A stretch of 64,000 nucleotides of DNA from Candidatus Cloacimonadales bacterium. Its GTDB lineage: Bacteria; Cloacimonadota; Cloacimonadia; Cloacimonadales; JAFGVF01. A program made the translations under genes and the position numbers. Position 1 is the first letter of the stretch. Every line of letters starts with the position of its first letter. Location: assembly GCA_963663475.2 (NCBI GenBank), contig CAXXJV010000002.1, forward strand, positions 224,001 through 288,000, in the 5' to 3' direction. A model generated the notes under the pieces. The model searched no databases. It saw only the letters and a program-made list of their open reading frames with translations, and had not been told where the DNA came from. This document shows, in pieces, positions 10,374-18,853 of the stretch.

Positions 10374-10414
10374 CTTAGGATTAATACGAGATTAAAAAAA
10401 AACTGGAGGATAAA

Positions 10415-11662
10415 ATGAAAAAGTTTTTAATTATTACTGTGTTAATGTCTTTAACATTAACTTTTGTGTTCGCTCAAGAAACTCAGGTCGAAGTCAACAT
10501 GGATAAGTTTGAACAAAAAATGGAAAAATTTGCTGAAGAAATGGAAGATTTAGCTGAAAAATTATCTGAAGAAGAAAATCCATTAGTTATAACCGTAACA
10601 AGTAACAATTCAGGTAGAGTTTATATGGGAGTTTTCCCCAAAGATCTAACATTAGAAGATGTTAGAGAATTAAATTATGACCTAACTTATGGTGTTTTGA
10701 TTTCTGGTGTAGTTACTGGTTCATCAGCCAGCAGACAAAAAATCTTTGCTAATGATATTATCTATGAAATTGATGGTAGAAAGGTTACTAATAATAAAGC
10801 TTTTACAGAGATTCTCAAATCTTATAATCCTGGCGATGTTGCTATGATGAAAATATTCTCAGCTGGTAAGCATATTGAAAAAGAATATACTTTTGAAGCT
10901 AAACCAAAATCAAAAGAAGATATTACTGTTGATATAGAAACAAAGAAAGATGATGTTGATTGGAACTCTATTGCTATCAACTGGATACCTCGTTACTATC
11001 AAATGGACGAAATTGATGATATAAATGAATTATTTACAGGAATGCAGTTTGATGACCTTGATGAAGATGGTATCTTTATGAATGGTTTCGGTTTCAGAAT
11101 TCATGTTGGTAGTGGTTTCTATCTTGGTGGTGAATGGAGCTGGCATGAAGCAGACCAAACAAAAAATATCCAAATGGACACAAGTGTTTTAGCAGCCTAT
11201 CCTGGAAACAATTCTGACCAAAACTACCTGAAAGGTAAAGAAAACTTTGTTAGAGAATTAAAATATTATAATGGCTTCGCTGGAGTCACTTTAGATAAAA
11301 GAATATATTTTACTAAATATTTCCAACCAGGTATTGGTTTCTTGTTAGGTGGGGGAACTCATAAAGTTGAATTTTCTCAAACAAATGGAGACTATGATTG
11401 GACTGATTTAAATAATGAATTTAACCAATCCGGTAACAATCATATGGTAATGAACAGAGATTACGTTATCTTCCAACCACGTGCTGATTTATATATCCCT
11501 ATTCTTTCTTGGGTAGGTGTTAGAGCTGAAGCAGCTTATCTTATCGGCTATACTCCTTACTCAGGCTGGAAATCTGGAGACTATGAATATGGTATTATTA
11601 ATTCTCCAGATACTAAATGCACTGGTTTAACCTTCTCTGTTGGACCATGGATTGAATTTTAA
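10415..11662 (+). CDS. Secreted PDZ-domain protein with probable C-terminal outer-membrane beta-barrel
   Basis: Signal peptide, acidic coiled coil, YMGV...GVLISGVVTGSSA...DIIYEIDG PDZ pattern; alternating aromatic strands ending in WIEF. Confidence 0.7.
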   Translation: MKKFLIITVLMSLTLTFVFAQETQVEVNMDKFEQKMEKFAEEMEDLAEKLSEEENPLVITVTSNNSGRVYMGVFPKDLTLEDVRELNYDLTYGVLISGVVTGSSASRQKIFANDIIYEIDGRKVTNNKAFTEILKSYNPGDVAMMKIFSAGKHIEKEYTFEAKPKSKEDITVDIETKKDDVDWNSIAINWIPRYYQMDEIDDINELFTGMQFDDLDEDGIFMNGFGFRIHVGSGFYLGGEWSWHEADQTKNIQMDTSVLAAYPGNNSDQNYLKGKENFVRELKYYNGFAGVTLDKRIYFTKYFQPGIGFLLGGGTHKVEFSQTNGDYDWTDLNNEFNQSGNNHMVMNRDYVIFQPRADLYIPILSWVGVRAEAAYLIGYTPYSGWKSGDYEYGIINSPDTKCTGLTFSVGPWIEF

Positions 11663-11699
11663 GATAAATTAGACAAGTCGTATTAGTATATCCTTCCAC

Positions 11700-11726
11700 G
11701 CCCAATCCACATTCCTCGGATTGGGC
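11700..11726 (+). terminator. Hairpin, possible terminator
   Basis: gcccaatcc-N9-ggattgggc downstream of the PDZ gene; weak U tract. Confidence 0.45.
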
Positions 11727-11818
11727 TTCCCTTAATATTTTATATTTTTTTCTTGTCAGTTATTTTAAAATATGTTTAATTGAATTTGAAGAGTTTTAGT
11801 GATTATTTTAGATATTTT

Positions 11819-11891
11819 AACTTAGATAATGTAGTGTAATTGTTCAGAATAAGGTAATACTTTTCACTACATTTACTACACTTTCTCGGTT
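11819..11891 (+). repeat. Repeat family A, degenerate copy upstream of the DUF4390 gene
   Basis: aacttagataatgtagtg...tactacactttctcggtt inverted ends. Confidence 0.5.
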
Positions 11892-11917
11892 AAATAACCT
11901 TAATGGGGTAAAAAGAA

Positions 11918-12469
11918 ATGTTTGAGAGTTTTGGAAACTACATTTTAAAAGGTGTAATAACCTTCGGTTTACTTATATTATCTTCTTATGAAGGTAATGA
12001 TGCCAGATTTAGTTCCCTGCAAGTAACTCCCTTAGACGGGGCTATAAGTATTGAATTAAATCTTGATTCTGCTTTTGATAATGATTTTGAAGAGATCTTT
12101 AAAACTGGAAAAAGCATTGATATCTGGTTTCATACCTCAGTTAGTAGTAAGGGTGTAGTTTTGGAAGAGGAAGACTTCAGTCATAAGGTAACTTATAACC
12201 CTCTTCTTGATAGTTATCTCCTGATTAAAGGCTCAGCAAATGAGTCGATTGTCTGTGAAGATTATCAATGCTTAGTTGAAGAACTATCTCTCGTTAAATG
12301 GCATTTTAGAAGACTTAGAAGTGTTTCTGATTATGATTTAGATATTTATGCATATTTAGAAAAAATCTATTTCGAAGATATGGACAAAGAATTTAATCTC
12401 ATGCTTCTATGGAAAAATAAATCACCTCGGTTGAAGGAGAGAATAAAACTCGAAAATGTAAGAAACTAA
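11918..12469 (+). CDS. DUF4390-like protein
   Basis: IFKTGKSIDIWF...VTYNPLLDSY pattern; typical position upstream of NtrY/NtrX-like genes. Confidence 0.6.
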   Translation: MFESFGNYILKGVITFGLLILSSYEGNDARFSSLQVTPLDGAISIELNLDSAFDNDFEEIFKTGKSIDIWFHTSVSSKGVVLEEEDFSHKVTYNPLLDSYLLIKGSANESIVCEDYQCLVEELSLVKWHFRRLRSVSDYDLDIYAYLEKIYFEDMDKEFNLMLLWKNKSPRLKERIKLENVRN

Positions 12470-12490
12470 TTTTGGAAGGATAGGGGATAC

Positions 12491-13657
12491 ATGAAATATC
12501 AACCAGGGATAAGGTCATATTTTATAATTACTTTTGTTGTTGTTTTTGGATTAAGTATTTATTTTATAAACAATTATTTTCTTAATCAACAGGAAACCAT
12601 TAAAGCATCTTTTGATAACATTGATACACAACCTTTTGTCCAGAATCTAAGATTGGAAACAAACCAAGATTCTCTCTTAGCTAGCAATCTAATCAATAAT
12701 ATGAACAGCTTGAAAGCACTGACAACAACTACTCTCATCGAAGTGAAAAGTTATTCCTGGATGGTTATTATTGCTATTGCTCTCGTTGCCTTTGGACTCT
12801 TCATTTTCATAGTAATGAAATTTTCTAAACCAATTATCGAACTTCAAAAAGCTACTGAACTAATCCAAAAAGGTTTCTATGAAGTTTCATTGCCTGAAAC
12901 AGGTATTAGAGAGATGAGACAACTTAAAAAATCATTTAATGCTATGTCTAAAGAACTAACTAATACCCAAGAAAAACTTGTAGAATCAGAAAAACAAGCT
13001 ATCTGGAAAGACCTTTCTCGAGCCCTAGCTCACGAAATAAAAAATCCGTTAACTCCTATCCAACTTACTCTGCAAAGACTTGAAGAAAAATATGAAGATA
13101 AAGAAAAATTCTATGATTACTTCCCTCAAGCTTCAGAGGTGATTCATAACGAAATTCAAAATCTACTCTCAATATCTAGAAATTTCTCAACCTTTGCTAA
13201 ACTCGTTATACCTGAAAAATCTGCCTTCTCTCCCAAGCAAATTCTTGAGAATATCATTGATTCTTATAGCTCTGATTATGACATAAATAAGAACTTTCAA
13301 ACAGAGGCTATCGCCTACTTTGACCAAGACCACTTCTATCAAATTATTACTAACTTGCTACAAAATGCTATAGATGCAAGTGAAAGAAATACTCCAATTG
13401 AAGTAAGCTTAAAAGAAAAGCACAGACTAATTATTGTCTGTATTGAAGACCATGGTGTAGGTATTTCTCGGGAAAATATTAACAGAATCTATAACCCATA
13501 CTTCACTCAAAAAGCAAATGGGAGTGGTATAGGTTTGGCCCTAGTTAAGAAATTTATAGAAGCTAATGGATCAACTATCTATGTAAATAGCCAAGAAGGA
13601 ATTGGCACAAAATTTAGATTCTCTATGGAGATTTTTAATGAAAATATTAATAGCTGA
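12491..13657 (+). CDS. HAMP sensor histidine kinase (NtrY-like)
   Basis: Two TMs, HAMP, WKDLSRALAHEIKNPLTPIQL H-box, NLLQNA, DHGVG, GSGIGL. Confidence 0.9.
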   Translation: MKYQPGIRSYFIITFVVVFGLSIYFINNYFLNQQETIKASFDNIDTQPFVQNLRLETNQDSLLASNLINNMNSLKALTTTTLIEVKSYSWMVIIAIALVAFGLFIFIVMKFSKPIIELQKATELIQKGFYEVSLPETGIREMRQLKKSFNAMSKELTNTQEKLVESEKQAIWKDLSRALAHEIKNPLTPIQLTLQRLEEKYEDKEKFYDYFPQASEVIHNEIQNLLSISRNFSTFAKLVIPEKSAFSPKQILENIIDSYSSDYDINKNFQTEAIAYFDQDHFYQIITNLLQNAIDASERNTPIEVSLKEKHRLIIVCIEDHGVGISRENINRIYNPYFTQKANGSGIGLALVKKFIEANGSTIYVNSQEGIGTKFRFSMEIFNENINS

Positions 13658-14981
13658 TGATGAAATAAATATTGTAAAATTACTGAAAGAAATCTTCGAA
13701 GATGATAAGCATGAAACTGAATCTGCCTATAATGGCCAAGAAGCTCTGGATAAATTTAAAGCCTTTCAACCAGATGTCACATTTTTAGATGTAAAAATGC
13801 CTGTTATGGATGGAGTTAAAACTCTAGAAAAGATAAAAAATTATGCTCCAAATGCTCTAATAATTATGATTTCTGGCCATAGTAATATTCCGATAGCTGT
13901 TAAATCTATAAAAGGAGGAGCCTATGACTTTTTAGAAAAACCTCTCTCTCTTCCCATAGTCAAAGTAACACTCAATAAAGCTATTAAACACATTAGAATC
14001 AATAATAAAGTAGCAAACTTAGAAGAAAATTTAGATGCTAAATATACTATGATCGGTAATTCTCAACCTATGCAAAAACTAAAATCATTGGTTAAAAAAG
14101 TCGCAGTCACTAACTCCAAGGTTCTTATCCAAGGGGAAAGTGGTACTGGAAAAGAACTTGTCGCCTGGGCTATTCATACTCAAAGCTCTAGAGCAGAAAA
14201 TTCTTTTATCCGCTTTAACTCAGCTGCTATACCCAATGAACTGGTGGAAAGCGAACTCTTCGGTTATGAAAAAGGTGCCTTTACTGGAGCAGAAAATTCT
14301 AAAAAAGGTAAGATTGAAGAAGCTGACGGTGGAACACTTTTTTTAGATGAAATAGGGGATATGAGTATGACTGCTCAAGCAAAGATTTTAAGAGTCATTC
14401 AAGAAGGTGAGTTTGAAAGAGTTGGATCAAATCTGCCTATAAAAGTAGATGCTCGTATCATCGCTGCTACTCATAAAAATCTAAGTCAACTTATTAATGA
14501 AGGCAAATTTAGAGAAGACCTCTTTTACCGACTTAATGTCCTTCCTTTAAGTGTTCCCCCTCTAAGAGAACGATTAGATGATATCCCTGTCCTGATTGAA
14601 TATTTTTCTAATAATAATGCCCATGAAATGAAAATTACCCCTAAAAAATTCTCTCCTCAAGCTATTGATTATCTGAAAAAACAAGCCTTTCCTGGAAATA
14701 TCAGAGAATTAAAAAATTTGATAGAAAGACTTTACATTGTCTCGGATGATGAAACTATTGATCTCTCCCTTGTCTCTAATTTCCATAATTCTCATAAGAA
14801 GCAAGGAGACTTCTGGAATGAAACAACTTGTTATAGTGATAAAAAAAATCAATTTGAAAAGAAGTATTTAGAAATTCAACTTAAAAAACACCAAGGTAAT
14901 ATCTCAAAAACTTCCCAAGCTTTAGGACTTCAACAAAGCAACCTTTCCCGAAAAATAAAAGAACTAGGAATTGAACTTTGA
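13638..14981 (+). CDS. Sigma54-dependent response regulator (NtrC/NtrX family)
   Basis: Receiver (ADDE, LDVKMP), GESGTGKE, GAFTGA, FLDEIGDM, FREDLFYRLNV, Fis-type HTH; start MKILIADD. Confidence 0.93.
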   Translation: MKILIADDEINIVKLLKEIFEDDKHETESAYNGQEALDKFKAFQPDVTFLDVKMPVMDGVKTLEKIKNYAPNALIIMISGHSNIPIAVKSIKGGAYDFLEKPLSLPIVKVTLNKAIKHIRINNKVANLEENLDAKYTMIGNSQPMQKLKSLVKKVAVTNSKVLIQGESGTGKELVAWAIHTQSSRAENSFIRFNSAAIPNELVESELFGYEKGAFTGAENSKKGKIEEADGGTLFLDEIGDMSMTAQAKILRVIQEGEFERVGSNLPIKVDARIIAATHKNLSQLINEGKFREDLFYRLNVLPLSVPPLRERLDDIPVLIEYFSNNNAHEMKITPKKFSPQAIDYLKKQAFPGNIRELKNLIERLYIVSDDETIDLSLVSNFHNSHKKQGDFWNETTCYSDKKNQFEKKYLEIQLKKHQGNISKTSQALGLQQSNLSRKIKELGIEL

Positions 14982-15021
14982 CATTAGAGGCCATAGACAA
15001 ATCTCACTAATTGTCTTTATC

Positions 15022-15100
15022 CATCCCTTACCCTTCCTTTACGGTCTTTCGATGAAAGTCCCAGTTTCATCGAAAGACCGTAAAGGAAGGGTAAGGGATG
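15022..15100. repeat. Repeat family B: perfect 36-bp inverted repeat with 7-nt loop
   Basis: catcccttacccttcctttacggtctttcgatgaaa-gtcccag-tttcatcgaaagaccgtaaaggaagggtaagggatg. Confidence 0.92.
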
Positions 15101-15113
15101 CTTATAGCATCTA

Positions 15114-15305
15114 AACCCAAATAAAGCAGTAGAACTTTGTGAATAGCAGAATATTATTCTGCAAAAATAAGATCCATGATTTCTCCGAATATATATTATG
15201 ACTTCAAATTATGTAACTTATTTTGCTAAAAGAATCCAGCACTCTTCACCTGTGATACGTAGCTTTAGCGAAGTATTACTAAAGCTCTACTCCACTATCT
15301 GGATT
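15114..15305 (+). repeat. Repeat family A, long copy with both optional internal modules
   Basis: aacccaaataaagcagtagaactttg...cttattttgctaaaagaatccagcactcttcacctgtgatacgtagctttagcgaagtattactaaagctctactccactatctggatt. Confidence 0.88.
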
Positions 15306-15377
15306 TAACAAAGTCCAATAAAATACTTGACTCTAAAAGGCATTCCTAAAGAATTATTAATCAGAGGTATAAGATTA

Positions 15378-17600
15378 ATGAAAAAGATAGTCAGTATTTT
15401 TATTATATTATTTGTTTTTCATGTCCTGTCAGCTGATGTTTATGTAGATTCTTTGAAGCAAGTTATAGAATCACTTCCTTTCTCATATGAAAAAGGAGAT
15501 AAAATTTGGGATTTAGCTATTTATCAAACTAATAATCTCAAACAAGCAGAAAAGGCAATAAAGAACTTTAACTTAGCTACTCAAATGTTTGTAGAGATGG
15601 ATTCTCTGGAAAGTGCTGTTAAAGCTCATGGCAATGTTTTCAAAGTAGCTTTTACCTTCCCTGAAAATTTCGAGTATTCTAAACAAGCGTTTAAGAAACA
15701 TCTTGAGTTTTTAGATAATCCCAAACTTGCTAAAATGAAACGTTCAATGCTAATAAGTATCCAACGGCATCTTTTGAATGCCTATATTTTAAAAGAAATG
15801 GAAGAACTAAAAAAGGGCTTAGCTGAAGTAGAAATATATTTTGATGATAGAGAAAACGATGACCTAAAACTTGAATTTGACCATTATTATATACTCATGA
15901 CCAATTATTACTATGGAGAAGAAAAAGCACTTACAGAATCAATGAAAATCTATGAAAATATCCAAGAGGGGAAATATAACCTTACATATCCTGAAAAGGA
16001 ATTGGCCAGAGTCAAGATGCTATCTAATATGCAAAATTATCACTATTATAGAGGGGATATTGAACAGTCTAGTAAACTTCTAGCTCAAGCCCTGGATATT
16101 GCTAGAGATGTTTCTATAAATTACTCAGACCAACTTACCCCTATTCAACAGATAAACCTTAGAGATAGTATTGGCCAGCTAATGACTTTAAAGACTGATA
16201 ATATTGAAATTAAACTAGAAAACCTAGCAGAAATAGAACAAGGCTATCTCGATGTAAATAAATTTACTAAGTCTTATGACCCAGAAAGAACTTTTAATAA
16301 TTTTACTAAAATAGCCCATGCTTATGATGTAATTTATACAGGTAAACATCCTAAGGTTAAATACTATTTAGATAAAGCACAAGATCAAAGTGGAAACGTG
16401 CAAAATAAGCTGTATTTGACTAATTATTATCTCACAAAGGCTCGATATCTATTAAATAGAAAAGACTATAAGGCAGCTGATTTAGCCTTCGCTAAGGTGG
16501 AAGATTATGTAGAAAAATCAAATCAATCATGGATAAAATTTAACTATATTATGGAAAGATCTCGTTATTACTTTGAACAAGATCAAACTAAAAAAGCCTA
16601 TGATATGATTACTGGTTTTTATAAGTCTATTGATAAAGATTTTTCAAATAATATAGCCGAAAAAACTGCTGAACTAAATAATCAATTAGATACCCAAAAA
16701 TTAATTCATCAACAGACAAGATTAGAGGATGAACTTAGAATTAAATCCTTGCAGAATTCTCGTGAAACTCTTGTAACAACCCTAGTGGGAATAGTCCTTG
16801 GCTTTACTACTCTCTTACTAGTAAATAATGTTAGACTTAATAAAAAGCTTAAAACTAACCTTCATAGACAAGGTTCTCAATTGAAAGAAGAGATGGAAAT
16901 TAGCCAGAAGAGAGCCCAAGAATTAATTTTTTCTGAGAAACTATCTACTTCAGGCCAAATAGCTTCATCGATAGCCCATGAAATTAAAAATCCTCTAACT
17001 AATATTATTACTGCTGCTAAACTCCTCCATGATTCAAGGAATGAAAATGATATTGAGAAGTTTTATAACATTTGTCAAAGAAATTCTTGGTTAGCAATCG
17101 ATAAAATTAATGCCCTACTTGAGTATTCCAAACAAAAGAAAATGAATTTTGTAGCCTATTCTCTTAAATCTGTCATGAAAGAAGCTTATAACTTAAGCAA
17201 GGGAAGCCTGGAGGATAATCAAGTTAATTTTCAGTTAATCTATAATACCCATGATGATGTCTGCACAATAGACCCTAAAGAAATAACAGGTGTTCTCGTA
17301 AACTTAATTCTAAATTCAGTTCAAGCTATGGAAGATGATAATGAAGATAAAAGAATTGATGCTATCTTAGATGCTGAAGATAAGGATTATATTATTACAA
17401 TTAAAGATAATGGCGAAGGAATTGAGACTAGTAGATTAGATAAGATTTTTAACCCCTTCTATACCACTAAAGTAAAGGGTACTGGCCTAGGCTTAAGCTA
17501 TGCTCAAAAAGTAATTCTTGAACATCATGGGTCAATCTCTATTGATTCAAAAGAAGGTAATGGCACTCAAGTAGTTATCAGAATACCAAGGCAAGTATAA
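15378..17600 (+). CDS. Sensor histidine kinase with large helical (TPR-like) periplasmic domain
   Basis: Signal peptide from MKKIVSIF, TM near the C-terminal third, IAHEIKNPL, NLILNS, DNGEG, GTGLGL. Confidence 0.85.
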   Translation: MKKIVSIFIILFVFHVLSADVYVDSLKQVIESLPFSYEKGDKIWDLAIYQTNNLKQAEKAIKNFNLATQMFVEMDSLESAVKAHGNVFKVAFTFPENFEYSKQAFKKHLEFLDNPKLAKMKRSMLISIQRHLLNAYILKEMEELKKGLAEVEIYFDDRENDDLKLEFDHYYILMTNYYYGEEKALTESMKIYENIQEGKYNLTYPEKELARVKMLSNMQNYHYYRGDIEQSSKLLAQALDIARDVSINYSDQLTPIQQINLRDSIGQLMTLKTDNIEIKLENLAEIEQGYLDVNKFTKSYDPERTFNNFTKIAHAYDVIYTGKHPKVKYYLDKAQDQSGNVQNKLYLTNYYLTKARYLLNRKDYKAADLAFAKVEDYVEKSNQSWIKFNYIMERSRYYFEQDQTKKAYDMITGFYKSIDKDFSNNIAEKTAELNNQLDTQKLIHQQTRLEDELRIKSLQNSRETLVTTLVGIVLGFTTLLLVNNVRLNKKLKTNLHRQGSQLKEEMEISQKRAQELIFSEKLSTSGQIASSIAHEIKNPLTNIITAAKLLHDSRNENDIEKFYNICQRNSWLAIDKINALLEYSKQKKMNFVAYSLKSVMKEAYNLSKGSLEDNQVNFQLIYNTHDDVCTIDPKEITGVLVNLILNSVQAMEDDNEDKRIDAILDAEDKDYIITIKDNGEGIETSRLDKIFNPFYTTKVKGTGLGLSYAQKVILEHHGSISIDSKEGNGTQVVIRIPRQV

Positions 17601-17632
17601 CACTCCTTAATTTTCTATATCTTACTAAATCT

Positions 17633-18676
17633 CTAACTCTTATATTTATCATTGAGATAAGCAAGAAGACACTTGGATATTGCTCCTTCTATATGAGGTC
17701 TTTCTGCTTTGAATTTCCACTCATTACTCTCAAAATAGTAGTAACCCTTGTTCTTAACTATTACGTTTACCCCAAAATGCTGAGCTTGAAATTCTATTAA
17801 ATGATACTTTTCCCCATCATAAGCTACATCAATGGAAAGAGAAGGAGTCTTAAACTTCTTAAAGATATCCATAGCAAAATCCAATAAGGCAGGATCTGCA
17901 GTAAAATCAGAATCAAACTTCTTAGCACCAGATGCCCTAAAATCATTATCCCTATTCCACCTTCTTGTTACCCATAAATTATTGTATAAAACCAAAACGC
18001 GATAATCATACTTTAAATTAGGAATAAATGGTTGCAAAATAAAAGAACGCTCTGGCTTGATATGCTTCTCATATTGTAGAGCATCAATTCTACTGTTGAA
18101 ATCAGGATATTCCTTGAACTTCTTAGATCTTAAATAGGCCCTTCTCAATAAATCTATTTTTTCTGAAAAAGTAATTTTCTCCCACTTCTTCAGCTTCTTT
18201 ACTAATTCTTCTTGCGACTTAACTAAAAATACTCCATTACCATTTGAGCCATCAATAGTCTTCAAAACAATAGGATAATCTATTTTGTAATTATGGATAT
18301 CATCACTTGAAGAAAAGAAAAGACTATTTAATGAGTCAATTCCCCGCATTTTTTTAAATATTTCCTGGTAACCTTTATCTTCATGACAAAGCAACAAAGG
18401 AAGCTCTGGTATTACATCATAATCTTTCATATAAAAATAATGGATCATATCTCCAATATAATGGCGGAGATTCTCTTTTTGACTAAAGGTGTAAAAAACA
18501 GGCATACCAGAAAGGTCAATATTCTTATTGAAAACTTCATGATATGTATAATGAAATGGTTGGTAACCACCCTGTAAAATTAAGTCTTCTATCTGCTTAA
18601 TGTCTGCTGATACCCAAGGCTTTCTTGTCTGTCCATAGAATTTACCATCTCGTGTAATAATTGCTATCTTTTTCAA
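17633..18676 (-). CDS. RimK-like ATP-grasp protein
   Basis: YPIVLK..GSNGNGVFLV, FILQPFIPNLKYDYRVLV, DFRASG, SIDVAYDGEKYHLIEFQ. Confidence 0.75.
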   Translation of the reverse strand: MKKIAIITRDGKFYGQTRKPWVSADIKQIEDLILQGGYQPFHYTYHEVFNKNIDLSGMPVFYTFSQKENLRHYIGDMIHYFYMKDYDVIPELPLLLCHEDKGYQEIFKKMRGIDSLNSLFFSSSDDIHNYKIDYPIVLKTIDGSNGNGVFLVKSQEELVKKLKKWEKITFSEKIDLLRRAYLRSKKFKEYPDFNSRIDALQYEKHIKPERSFILQPFIPNLKYDYRVLVLYNNLWVTRRWNRDNDFRASGAKKFDSDFTADPALLDFAMDIFKKFKTPSLSIDVAYDGEKYHLIEFQAQHFGVNVIVKNKGYYYFESNEWKFKAERPHIEGAISKCLLAYLNDKYKS

Positions 18677-18791
18677 TTAGAATACCTCAAAAGTTTATTT
18701 TATCCCAAGTAGTAGAAATGAATCTGCACCCGCTAGCGAAGTTCTACAAAATGTTAATGTTAATATCCTGACTTTTATTAATTATGTCAAT

Positions 18792-18839
18792 AAAAAAATG
18801 CAGCAAATGAAAGAAAGGGATTCTTAAATTTACTGCATT
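18792..18839 (-). terminator. Probable terminator after nrdD
   Basis: Minus strand aatgcagtaaat...atttgctgcatt followed by T run. Confidence 0.5.
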
Positions 18840-18853
18840 ATAAATTACATATG

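Noticed and set aside
18701-18750. Possible additional family A remnant (atcccaagtagtagaa...gttctacaa)
   Set aside because: Too degenerate to call confidently
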